From the NCBI GenBank assembly GCA_963745035.1, contig CAVUVW010000004.1, forward strand, positions 7,425 through 71,424: a stretch of DNA of 64,000 nt, in the 5' to 3' direction. Position 1 is the stretch's first letter; each line of letters starts with the position of its first letter. The position numbers were made by a program, and so were the translations under genes. The notes below the pieces were generated by a model. It worked only from the letters and a program-made list of their open reading frames with translations, was not told the origin of the DNA and did not search any database. This document shows positions 1 to 9,900 of the stretch, in pieces. Origin of the DNA: an uncultured delta proteobacterium (GTDB lineage: Bacteria > Desulfobacterota > Binatia > UBA9968).

Positions 1-1472
1 TGGATGACGATCCTATGATCTGTGAACAATTAGAACGGCTATTCATTCACGAAGGTCATCACGTCACACTCGCAACAAACGTCGAGCAAGCAAAGCAAGC
101 TCTAGAAAATGAAGATATTGATCTGGTGATTACGGATATTCGGCTTGAAGGAATTTGTGACGGAGTTGAATTGACCAAAATCATCGCGGAACGGTGGAGC
201 GATATACCGGTGATCGTCATAACGGGATACGCGGACATTCAGACTGCGGTCGAAGTTCTTAAAATCGGGGCCACTGACTATCTTGTGAAGCCTTTGAGTG
301 TGGCCGCAATTCAAGAGTCCATCCGGGCGGGATTGCAAAAGGCCAGCCTTTTTACTGAATTTCGCAGGCTAAGACGGCGACTTAAAGAAAATTGCGAATT
401 CGGCGGCATACTAAGCCGTGCCCCTGAAATGCATCAGATCTTTGAGACTATCCGAATGGTTGCGCCCACGGACAGCACTGTCGTCGTCGAAGGGGAAACA
501 GGTACTGGAAAAGAGCTGGTAGCAGTCGCCATCCACCATCAAAGCCCGAGGCGAAATGGGCCTTTTGTCACAATTAATTGCGGCGGCGTGCCTGAAGCGC
601 TTCTCGAAAGCGAACTGTTCGGATACGAACGAGGCGCGTTCACCGGGGCAGATCAACCGAGAGCAGGAAAGATCGAATTAGCGGACGGCGGCACGCTCTT
701 CTTGGACGAAATAGAAAACATGCCGTTGACCATGCAAGCCAAGCTTTTGATTGCTCTCGAGAATAAAAAAGTCCAACGGCTCGGCGGTAGTCGATGGACG
801 CCGGTCAATATGCGTGTCATTGCTGCGAGCAATGTTCCCCTACAGGAGTTAATCGCAGAAGGCAAAATGCGAAAAGACTTTTATTACCGGATCAGTGTGC
901 TTTCGATACGTTTATTGCCTCTGCGAAAGCGCGTGCAAGATATTCCGCTTCTAGTGCAGGATTTTTTGCATCATCATCCGGTTGCGGTGCAAAAGAAACT
1001 GACTGGCATTTCGGCATCAGCCCTTGATCAGTTAATGCAGTACTCTTGGCCGGGAAACGTCCGAGAGCTGCAAAATGTACTCGAAAAGGCAGTGATCCTG
1101 ACGAAATCCCGTACGTTGAACATTGCAGATCTCCAAATGGAGGGTATGAACTCAAGGGCAGACGCGCCGCTCGGCAATCAGGAACTTTCGCTGGATCTTC
1201 CTTTGAATCAGTGGATTCGAGAACAGGAAAAAGCTTATCTTGTTCATAAGCTTAAGTTGTTCAGAGGGCGGATAGATCTAACCGCAAAAGACTGTGGTGT
1301 GGATGTGCGAACGATCCACCGCAAGCTGCAAATTTACGGAATTGACAAAAAAGTCTTTGGCAAGCGCGCTGCAACGCGGCATTTCAACGCTCGAGTCGAT
1401 CCACGAATTAACCAGAATTTTAAATATAGAAATTCACACGTCCTCCCTAGCACTGATCAACTCGCAGTTTAA
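1..1472 (+). CDS. sigma-54-dependent response regulator (NtrC/Fis family), 5' end cut by window edge
   Basis: The frame stays open from nt 3, upstream of the first ATG (DDDPMICEQ is a typical receiver-domain start). Receiver Asp context is LVITDIRL. AAA+ Walker A is GETGTGKE and the sigma-54 contact loop is GAFTGA. The C-terminal Fis-type HTH reads GVDVRTIHRKLQIYGI. Confidence 0.93.
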   Translation, partial: DDDPMICEQLERLFIHEGHHVTLATNVEQAKQALENEDIDLVITDIRLEGICDGVELTKIIAERWSDIPVIVITGYADIQTAVEVLKIGATDYLVKPLSVAAIQESIRAGLQKASLFTEFRRLRRRLKENCEFGGILSRAPEMHQIFETIRMVAPTDSTVVVEGETGTGKELVAVAIHHQSPRRNGPFVTINCGGVPEALLESELFGYERGAFTGADQPRAGKIELADGGTLFLDEIENMPLTMQAKLLIALENKKVQRLGGSRWTPVNMRVIAASNVPLQELIAEGKMRKDFYYRISVLSIRLLPLRKRVQDIPLLVQDFLHHHPVAVQKKLTGISASALDQLMQYSWPGNVRELQNVLEKAVILTKSRTLNIADLQMEGMNSRADAPLGNQELSLDLPLNQWIREQEKAYLVHKLKLFRGRIDLTAKDCGVDVRTIHRKLQIYGIDKKVFGKRAATRHFNARVDPRINQNFKYRNSHVLPSTDQLAV

Positions 1473-1807
1473 TAGACTAAGTTTAGTTGTGTCACGTCGC
1501 ACATCGCTCAGTTCTCACCACAAATTCTCCGCTGCTTAATCGCTCACCTTTATCAGCCGCACCCTTCTTTCTTTTCAGATAAACATCCGACGCTGACTCT
1601 TTGTCGGTGAACCTCCCTTGGTTTTTGTTCAGCATGGCCGCTGCTGCACGGCGGAGCTATGTCTTTGCGTCCCAATTGTACCGGAATGCTGGCGACTGAG
1701 CGGAAACAAGCATCCGGCGCGCTGGAAAAATCTAAGCGGGTTGGAGTGGGATCCAATTCATACGAACAATTCAGCCATGGCTAATGACTGGAACCCAAAG
1801 TTCGTTT

Positions 1808-1972
1808 TCAAAAACGAGCAACCGCCGCCAGAAGTTCGTCAGCCGTGTTGGTCCAGATGAATGGGTTCAAATGCTCATTATGAACTGACGATAGAGTTCG
1901 AATCGTTTGTTTCAAGCTCGGGGTACTGCGGGGGCGGGGCCAGGCATTGGGAGCGGCTGATCGCCCTCGGAA
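1808..1972 (-). pseudogene. C-terminal remnant of an IS630/Tc1-like DDE transposase
   Basis: The minus-strand frame reads FRGRSAAPNAWPRPRSTPSLKQTIRTLSSVHNEHLNPFIWTNTADELLAAVARF*. The HN..(K/N)PF.WT..AD.(I/L)L tail is the conserved extreme C-terminus of IS630-type transposases. An in-frame stop lies immediately upstream and no DDE core is present. Confidence 0.4.
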
Positions 1973-2379
1973 TCAGCTTTTGAGTGCTCTGCGAACTTTC
2001 GTATGGCTGTTCGTGTGCTGTTTGGATTCAAGTTCATGGCCTCAAACTCAAATATCATACGGCTATCGGATACTCGCGCTACCTCTCACCTGCTGATGCA
2101 AGTGGATTATCCGCACAGAGCAGGAGAGTGCTCCCGGACTGAACCAGTACGCGAATGCTTGGCATTACTTATAATAAGAGCGGCGCTTCGCAGAAGCGTG
2201 GCTAACCGATCCGCGGGGAGGTAATTTCTGCGCGCTGCGATTAGCTTGGCGCGAGCGAGAGGAAGTCCCCGTCTCTTAGTTCTCGGCAAGTCTCGCCCTA
2301 TCCCAATCGGTAAAATTGCAAACAGAGTGTTATTGCGGGCGTGTGAATGCAGAATCAAACTTTTGAATTCTTGGAGCGG

Positions 2380-2577
2380 CTATTTACGTGACGATGGAGG
2401 ACGCTTGATGTTGGAGCGTCTCATTAACCACTGTTCGATCATCTTCGACTTGAAACGCCATTGATTACCGACTTTGAATGCGGGTAATCCCTTGTGCGCT
2501 ATCAACCTGTAAACAGTGAGTTTGTCTACGTTCAGATATTTTGCGACTTGTTCAAGGGTCAGCAATTGTTCCGGCAT
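2380..2577 (-). CDS. excisionase-family (HTH_17, MerR-superfamily) DNA-binding protein
   Basis: 65-aa ORF. LLTLEQVAKYLNVDKLTVYRLIAHKGLPAFKVGNQWRF is the classic excisionase-type helix-turn-helix pattern. Confidence 0.8.
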   Translation of the reverse strand: MPEQLLTLEQVAKYLNVDKLTVYRLIAHKGLPAFKVGNQWRFKSKMIEQWLMRRSNIKRPPSSRK

Positions 2578-2594
2578 ATGATCGAAGCCGCAGC

Positions 2595-2870
2595 TTACGC
2601 GGTCGGAAATGTCTCGATTGGTAATCGTGCCAAACGCAGTGCTTTATGTATGGACGCTGCGACCGTTGGGCAGTGTTCCGCGTACCGCAGTAGATTATGA
2701 GCTTCGCCGTCTTCGCAGCTAATAACTGCATTGCTACCGAAAAAGTTTATCGACGTGGCATCTTCGACAATGAATTTGGAACGCGATCCTGCAGGTATGG
2801 AGTGGTTAAGGCGTTGAAAGCCTTTGTTGTCGAGAAAAATGTTTATCGTCATTGCAACCGTTCCAATCAA
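2595..2870 (-). CDS. hypothetical protein (91 aa), immediately upstream of the HTH gene
   Basis: The ORF ends 18 nt before the HTH gene on the same strand. No motif was recognised, so coding status is inferred only from length and operon-like spacing. Confidence 0.35.
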   Translation of the reverse strand: MIGTVAMTINIFLDNKGFQRLNHSIPAGSRSKFIVEDATSINFFGSNAVISCEDGEAHNLLRYAEHCPTVAASIHKALRLARLPIETFPTA

Positions 2871-3698
2871 ATCAGACTGTCGTTAGAAGCACCTTAAGAG
2901 GTGCCGGTTCCTAACCCAGCCGAGCGCTTCCTGAGCATGGATTGTGCCGGTAGCTTCTGAGGAGTTCTGAGAACGTCTGAAAACTAAACTCTACGTGGCA
3001 ACATGACAGCTTCGCCCGAGATCAAGTAGTCAGAATGAGAATCGGGCGGCATTCCTAGAACGGTGGCTAGGTAGACTGGAGCTGCTCACCTTGGTATACG
3101 CAGCACCGCGGCACGCGCTTCGTGTAGATGAAGCCGATAACACCCTACCGAGCTTTGATTATGCCTGCCGGGCCAAAGCACGCCTCGTCCACAGCAGAGG
3201 TACTGACCGATATTTTACGTACCAACGAATTAGGGTGTTCGCACCCTTTGCTTTCCGCCGTAAAGAGAGTGGTATAGGAGCGGCGATTCGCTTTAAACAA
3301 TGGGAGAGCGCACCATGAGGAGTTTCTGCAAAGTTTCTGGCGACCGTCACGTATCTGCTATGCTTGCCGTGAGCATCATCTTCCCTGTGGACTCGCCCCG
3401 CTAAAGTATTAATCCGAGGGCATCGAGAAACACCCCGGCGCCCACTCCGGAGTAAGGCTCACTAAGATAGCCGGGGTTTCGCCAAGTTTCTTGCCTTGTA
3501 CACGCAAGATATGCGTTTACTACCAATCACCCAACTGTCATCGTCAACTGTCACCGCACCAACGCAAATTAAAGTGTTCTGCATCATCCGATCGTTGTTG
3601 ATAGAACTGATCGTTCGGTGTACATAATGCTGTCATTCCGATTACAGTGATGACCACGGGCTAGTGGATCGCTTATTTATCAACCTCGAGGTGTATTT

Positions 3699-4346
3699 AT
3701 GGGGCCGCGAATCATAATCGTGGATGATCACGCTCTGCTCCGAGCCGGCGTTAAGTCGATGCTCGAACAGCAGGATTATCGGGTCGTGGGCGAGGCGGGA
3801 GACGGTCGCCAGGGCGCGAAACTTATCGAAAAATTTAAACCCCACGCCGTGATCACCGACATCAGTATGCCGAACCGCAACGGGATCGAGTTTACCAAGC
3901 AGATACGTCGTGAATTTCCCGATGTGAAGGTGTTGGTTGTGTCCATGCACAATGAGACTCGGCTGATTATGGAATCGTTTGCGGCGGGAGCGTCCGGATA
4001 TTTGCTCAAGGGTTCGGCGCTTCTGGAGGTCTGTACCGCATTAAGATCGATTCTGAGCGGACGGAAATACATTTCGCCGGACATCGCCGACGCTGTGCTG
4101 GGAAAAGCGCTCGCGCGGTGGTCGTCAGAGTCCCGATGCGATTTACCCCGAATATCGCTCCGAGAGCGGGAAGTCTTGCAGCTGGTCGCCGAGGGCAAGT
4201 CGACAAAAGAAATTGCGGCCAGTCTTTACGTCAGCATCAAAACGGTTGAGAGTCACCGCAGACAAATCATGAACCGACTCAGCCTGAAGAGTATCGCTGA
4301 ACTAACCAAATTCGCGATTCGGGAAGGAATCACATCACTCCAATAG
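3699..4346 (+). CDS. NarL/FixJ-family response regulator (REC + LuxR HTH)
   Basis: Receiver domain with IIIVDDHALLRAG and acceptor context AVITDISMP. LuxR-type HTH reads LREREVLQLVAEGKSTKEIAASLYVSIKTVESHRRQIM. Confidence 0.95.
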   Translation: MGPRIIIVDDHALLRAGVKSMLEQQDYRVVGEAGDGRQGAKLIEKFKPHAVITDISMPNRNGIEFTKQIRREFPDVKVLVVSMHNETRLIMESFAAGASGYLLKGSALLEVCTALRSILSGRKYISPDIADAVLGKALARWSSESRCDLPRISLREREVLQLVAEGKSTKEIAASLYVSIKTVESHRRQIMNRLSLKSIAELTKFAIREGITSLQ

Positions 4347-4489
4347 AGCGCGCCGTCGTACGTCGCATGTTTTGCGACTAGGCAGATTCGAACCCAAATT
4401 CAGGGAATCCCTGATGGGGCTTAGATGCTCTTCATGTCATGACCATGCTTTGCAAGCGACAGTCGGGGCAACGGTAAGCTACGCTGAGC

Positions 4490-5167
4490 ATGGATCGATT
4501 ACACAAAAAAAACTCTGCCGGTAAGCGCGTTCTTATTGTCGAAGATCATAGAATGATGCGCGAAGGGCTCCGGTCTTTGCTCGAAGAAAAGCTCGGGTAC
4601 GAGTGCGTGGCAGAAGCAAGTGACGGGTATGAGGCCGTGCGATACGCCAAAGAATTTCTCCCCGATCTTGTTATTATGGATATCGTATTGCCCAACCTCA
4701 ACGGAATGGAAGCAACACGGCAGATCAAGTCCCAGCACCCGGAAATCGAGATAGTCATCCTCTCCATGCACGCCACTCGCATCTACATTTTGCAGGCATT
4801 GCAGGCCGGTGCTTCCGCTTATCTTTTGAAGGATTCCGCGCTCGAAGATCTTGCCACCGCGCTGGCGACGGTTGTTAAAGGCGGAATGTATCTGAGTCCG
4901 GCCATCACAACCGTCGCTGCTCTCAAAAACGAAGCCGCCGGAATGACGCCCAAAAATGTTGTCGATGTGCAACGCCTCACCAGAAGAGAGCTGCAAGTCT
5001 TGCAACTGATCGCGGACGGCAAGTCGACCAAAGAAATTGGGGCAACTCTGGAAGTCAGCGTCAAGACGGTGGAAACCCATCGCAAGCAGATTATGGATAA
5101 GCTCGGCATCCGAACTACCGCGGGCTTGACAAAATACTGCATCCGCGAAGGTTTGACTTCGCTATGA
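4490..5167 (+). CDS. NarL/FixJ-family response regulator, tandem paralogue
   Basis: Receiver motifs RVLIVEDHRMMREG and LVIMDIVLP. HTH reads LTRRELQVLQLIADGKSTKEIGATLEVSVKTVETHRKQIM. Same architecture as the gene upstream. Confidence 0.95.
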   Translation: MDRLHKKNSAGKRVLIVEDHRMMREGLRSLLEEKLGYECVAEASDGYEAVRYAKEFLPDLVIMDIVLPNLNGMEATRQIKSQHPEIEIVILSMHATRIYILQALQAGASAYLLKDSALEDLATALATVVKGGMYLSPAITTVAALKNEAAGMTPKNVVDVQRLTRRELQVLQLIADGKSTKEIGATLEVSVKTVETHRKQIMDKLGIRTTAGLTKYCIREGLTSL

Positions 5168-5302
5168 GCTCTCCGAGGCCGAGACCTAAGGAAAAACGCA
5201 GCTGCCTAGGGATTTTCCTGATTGCCTCCAAGCGCAAGATTAATTTAGTTTACCGAGCATCGGCGCGAAAGCTTGGCTGCAATAAACTCAAGGAGATCTG
5301 AG

Positions 5303-6016
5303 ATGGACCGACGCAAACATCTGGCATTGGCTGTGACGGGGCTTTTTTTGGCAGGCTGTACAGGAATGACGAGAAATCAAGCCGCTTTGGTGGGCGCGGC
5401 AACTTGCGGCGCGATGGGCGCCGGGGGCGGTGCAGCCGCAGCGCATCAAGGAATTGACGGAAAGCACCGCAACGAAGCTATGGGCGCTGGTATCGGTTTC
5501 ACCGCCGGCGCGCTCATTTGCGGCGGGTTGGCGTATTTGATGACCGAGGATCCGAAGCCAAAACCAGTGCCGCCACCGCCACCTCCACCGCCGCCACCTC
5601 CGCCACCGGAGCCCAAGCCGAAGCCGGCTCCTCCACCGCCGCCGCCGAAACCGGAGCCCAAGCCCGCGCCGAAAGTGGAACGGACGATTATTCTCGACGA
5701 CGTTCTGTTCGACTTCGACCGGAGCACCGTCAAGCCGGAAGCTGCGTCGATCCTCGATCGGCTGGTGGCTTTCATGAACGAGAACAAGGACAAGAAGGTA
5801 AGTCTGTCCGGACATACCGACAATGTGGGCAGCGAAGCATATAACCAAAAACTGTCTGAACGCCGCGTATCCTCGGTACAGGATTACGTGGTGAAGAAGG
5901 GCGTGGAAGGCAGCCGAGTCTCCGGACAGGGTTTCGGCGAGAGCAAGCCGATCGCGGATAACAAGACGCGAGAGGGGCGCGCGAAGAACCGGCGCGTCGA
6001 AATCAAAGTGCAATAA
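5303..6016 (+). CDS. OmpA/MotB-domain lipoprotein with proline-rich linker
   Basis: ATG at 5303 is preceded by AGGAGA (5291-5296); the TTG at 5273 in the track is less likely. Lipobox is LFLAG|C. 13 consecutive Pro codons (5570-5608) sit inside a PKPEP-type linker. The C-terminal OmpA-like domain reads LSGHTDNVGSEAYNQKLSERR and NRRVEI. Confidence 0.9.
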   Translation: MDRRKHLALAVTGLFLAGCTGMTRNQAALVGAATCGAMGAGGGAAAAHQGIDGKHRNEAMGAGIGFTAGALICGGLAYLMTEDPKPKPVPPPPPPPPPPPPPEPKPKPAPPPPPPKPEPKPAPKVERTIILDDVLFDFDRSTVKPEAASILDRLVAFMNENKDKKVSLSGHTDNVGSEAYNQKLSERRVSSVQDYVVKKGVEGSRVSGQGFGESKPIADNKTREGRAKNRRVEIKVQ

Positions 6017-6468
6017 GATCGGCGCAGCGGGTTGACGAGTTGATCTCAGGACGCTTCGGCACTGTCCGAAGCGGTGATTAGTCGCTGGAAAACAGTGCGC
6101 CGGCGCCCAGTCCGGGTTTTGCCGTGAGGTGCCAACGTTGCGGGTGGCTGGCCTCGGCATGAACCTGGTCTGTCCGGCGCGCCCGGACCGTTTTCCGCTT
6201 TGACGTTTCCTCTCCCTCGCCTTGCCTTAGGCTTTTGTGAAAACAGGGAATACCCGATGGTCGGCGCGCTCCGCCGATCATGATAAAGATCGAACACATT
6301 ATCGCATGTAAAACCCGACTCCGGTGATTTTCCGTTCCTCAGAGTCGTTTGCGCGCTCCCGAACAGTTCGCTAAGATTTTTTTCTATCCCTGAGATTTGC
6401 TTTCGCATTGATCAGGTATGGGATAGCACGGCGATTTTTCGACCGGAACTTTCACGTGCCGGGCGTCG

Positions 6469-6696
6469 ATGCGCGACAATGGGGTTGGATTCGATATGAA
6501 ATATCATGATCACATATTCGGCATCTTTCAGCGGCTGCAACGAGGCGAAGATTATCCGGGCACGGGTATCGGTCTCGCGATTGCGCAAGCGGTCGAGAGG
6601 ATGGGCGGATCGGTATGGGCGGAAAGCGCGCCCGGGCGCGGCGCGGTGTTTTATTTGGAGCTTCCGCTCGTGGCGGTTGGCAGCAATAGCAATTGA
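6469..6696 (+). pseudogene. histidine-kinase C-terminal (HATPase_c) fragment
   Basis: Only the G1 box (RDNGVGFD) and G2 box ([10 protein letters not shown]) plus the end of the ATPase fold are present. A stop lies at 6424-6426 in frame upstream, and there is no DHp/H-box or N-box. Confidence 0.6.
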
Positions 6697-6902
6697 CAAT
6701 CGAATCCCACATGAGTTCAATACTCATCGTCAAGCCTCTCGATTTTGCGCCGTTCATGAAAATGGCCGAGCAGATCGAAGCGTACCGGCGCGGGGCCCAG
6801 AGCTCCGCTGAGATGAGTTCATGAGAATCCTCTACGTCGAAGGACACGCCTGCTGACTGCATCCGAGTACACTGCGTCGCGGATCCGTAAGTACGGCATT
6901 CA

Positions 6903-9900
6903 ATGATGGGCACAATCCGAACTACGCCGGGCACACAAGAGGAAGACTGGGAAGTGAAGACGAGCGATTTGCCGCGGGTCACAGATGAACTCGGGCCATT
7001 GAATTCAGGGGTGGCCTTAGCCGGATTCAAATCCATCGCGCTGATCGCGGTCCTCACGTTCCTCGGTTACTATATCGGTGCCGAGCTGGCTTTTTTCCTG
7101 CGAGTTCCCTCCACGCGCAGCTCCATTTTTTGGATCCCCAACGCGGTGCTCCTGGTCGTCCTGCTCTGGACGTCGCCGCGTTACTGGTCTCTTTGGCTGC
7201 TTGCCGCGTTACCCGCCCATATTCTTACGCAAACGAGTCAAGACGATGCTACTGCCTTCATCGTGCTTGCCCCCTTTGTTCCTAACGTACTCCAGGTGAC
7301 GCTCTCGGCTCTCGCGTTACGATATTTTGGCGCTGCCCGGCCGCGTTTCGATGCGCTGCGCGAAACGCTTGTTTTTGTCTCGCTTGCAGTGCTGTTAGTG
7401 CCCGCGATGGTATCGCTTGCCGCCGGCTGGCTTTTTGTCCGTGTAGGTTGGGAAACGGATATCTGGCTCGCAGCGCGCGGCCGCTTTCTCAGCAACGTGA
7501 CGACCGGACTGACGGTGGCGCCCTTGTTGCTCATAGGACTGGCTGCCGTGCATGGCCTGAACGCGCGCTGGCGAATCAAAAAGAGCCTAGAGTTCTTTGC
7601 CTTGGTTTTTCTCCTCATGCTGGGCCTGCTTGCGGTTAATCAGTGGATGCCGGCGACGACCTACGGCTTTCCCTTGCAGCTTTATATGCCGCTGCCGTTT
7701 CTTTTGTGGGCTGCCGTTCGATTCGGCACCGCCGGCTTAGCATTTTCCTTGCTTGCCGTTGCGGTGCATTCGATCTCGGAAACCATCGAGGGGCGGGGTC
7801 TCTATGCCGTGCGTTCGCCGGCGGAAGAGGTGCTTGCTCTTCAATTAGCCTTGGCGGCGCTTGGCGTTCCACTTGTGTTTCTGTCATCGGCGATCGCCGA
7901 ACGAGGGCGGAAAGATGCGGCCTTGCAACAGAGCGAGGAGCGTTACCGCAGCGTGGTTGACGACCAAACCGAGTTGGTTTGCAGGTATCTTCCCGATGGG
8001 AGCCTGACGTTCGTTAACGCGGCCTACGCGCGATATTTCCAGCGCCGGCCTGAAGAACTGATCGGCAACAGCTTTTTGCCTCTCATTCCCGAGCCGCAAC
8101 GGGAGCTTGCCAAATCACAATTGTCGGCGCTGGTTGAAAAGCCCGAAATCCGCTCTCTCGAGCACGAAGTTTGTGCGCCCGCCGGCGAGATCCGATGGCA
8201 ACATTGGATCGACCGGCCGATATTGGATCGCTTCGGTCGAGTGATCGAAATTCAGGGCGTCGGCCGGGACGTAACCGACCGAAAGCGGGCCGAGTCGCGG
8301 CTCAAATTACAATCCACGGTCACCCGCATCCAAGCCGAAGCCGAGTCGATGCCCGAGGCATCGCCAAGAATACTGCAAGCCGTCTGCGAAATACTCGGCT
8401 GGGACATAGGAGAGCTATGGCGCTTGGGCGATGATGGGCGTCGCGTGATTTTTTACGACTCTTGGCATTTGCCGCAGGCGGATCTGTCGGCGTTCGCCGA
8501 CGCGAGCCGCCATTTGGATTTTTCGCTCGGCGTCGGATTGCCGGGGCGAGCATGGCAAACCCGTAAACCGTGGTGGATACCCGACGTTGCGCATGAAAGC
8601 AATTTCAAACGCGCCGCCTTGGCGGCGCAAGCCGGTCTGCGCAGCGCCCTCGCTGTACCGATTACAGACGGCCAGCAGGCGAACTTCGTCCTTATCTTCT
8701 TTGCCCGGCAAGTTTGCAAACAGGCCGATGCTGATTTGCTCGAGACGATGGCCAATATCGGCGACCAAATTGGCCTGTTTATCAAACGCAAATTCGCCGA
8801 AAATGCGGTTCGTGAGAGCGAAAGGCTGCTGCGGCTAAAGGATGAGCAACTGACTCGCACTGAGCACCTCGCCTCAACGATGGTCACCCAAACGAGCTTG
8901 GAAGGCCGATGGCTGAAAGTGCCGCCCAAGCTTTGTGAACTGCTGGGATATGCCGAGGAGGAGTTGCTGGGCCGGCGCTTTCACGAATTCACTCATCCCG
9001 ACGATGTTGACGCAGACTGGAATCAATGTCAGCGCCTGATTCGGGGCGAAGTCAATTCTTTCGACCTCGAGAAACGCTATCTTTGCAAAAATGGCAAGGT
9101 TGTTTGGGTCAGCATCAACGTCTCTGTGGTTATGGATACGGAGGGACGTCCCCTTCAGTTTCTTACCTATATTCGCGATATCTCCCGGCGCAAACAAGCG
9201 GAGGAGGAATTGCGCAAGTCGGAGGCAAAATTTGCCGGGATCATCGACATCGCGGCCGAGGCGATTATCTCCTTCGATGAAGCGCACAAGATTAACCTGT
9301 TCAACGAGGGAGCGGAGAGGATATTCGGCTACACCAAACAGGAGATCATCGGACAGTCGCTCGATACGCTTTTTCCGGAAACATTTCGCCGCGATATGGG
9401 CATGCGTCTTCGTGAATTCGCCTCGGCACCGGCGGTCGCGTGGGGCGAGGGGCGCGAGATATTCGGAATCAGGAAAGGCGGCGAAGAGTTTCCCGCGGAG
9501 GCGTCGCTCTCGTACCTTGAGTTGGACGGCCATAAGATCTTCACCCTGGTGCTGCGTGACATGAGCGAGCGTTATTTGGCGCAGCAAGCGCTGTGGCAAA
9601 GCGAGACTCGGTTGCGGCTGGCGATGGAAGCTGGGCGGCTCGGCTACTGGGAGATCAATCCCCGGACGGGTGAGGTCCATCGAACCGAGAGTCTGGAGCG
9701 CATCTTTGGCTATAGCCCTGGAACCATGCCCGCCACCCGCGAGGCTTTTTTTGCGCTGGTTCATCCGGACGATGCGGCCCAATTGCAGCAACGAAGCCCG
9801 GCCATCAACGCCGCCGGACCCGTAGATTGGGACATAGAGTTCCGCATCATCCGTCGCGACGGCGCCGTCCGATGGATATCGAGCCGCAGCCAAATGCTGT

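Noticed and set aside
3427-3480. A GC-rich long-range hairpin (GAAACACCCCGG ... CCGGGGTTTC with a ~32-nt loop) in the leader region upstream of the first NarL-type gene.
   Set aside because: It is a single stem that matches no riboswitch or sRNA family I recognise. It may be a remnant of the decayed mobile element.
4385-4400. TTCGAA-containing T-loop-like strings (GATTCGAACCC at 4385-4397, GAGTTCGAATCG at 1894-1905, GGATTCAAATCC at 7021-7032), considered as tRNA genes.
   Set aside because: No flanking acceptor, D or anticodon stems could be built, and one of them lies inside a CDS.
5446-5823. A poly-Gly ORF antisense to the proline-rich linker of the OmpA-like gene.
   Set aside because: It is simply the reverse complement of the CCN proline run.
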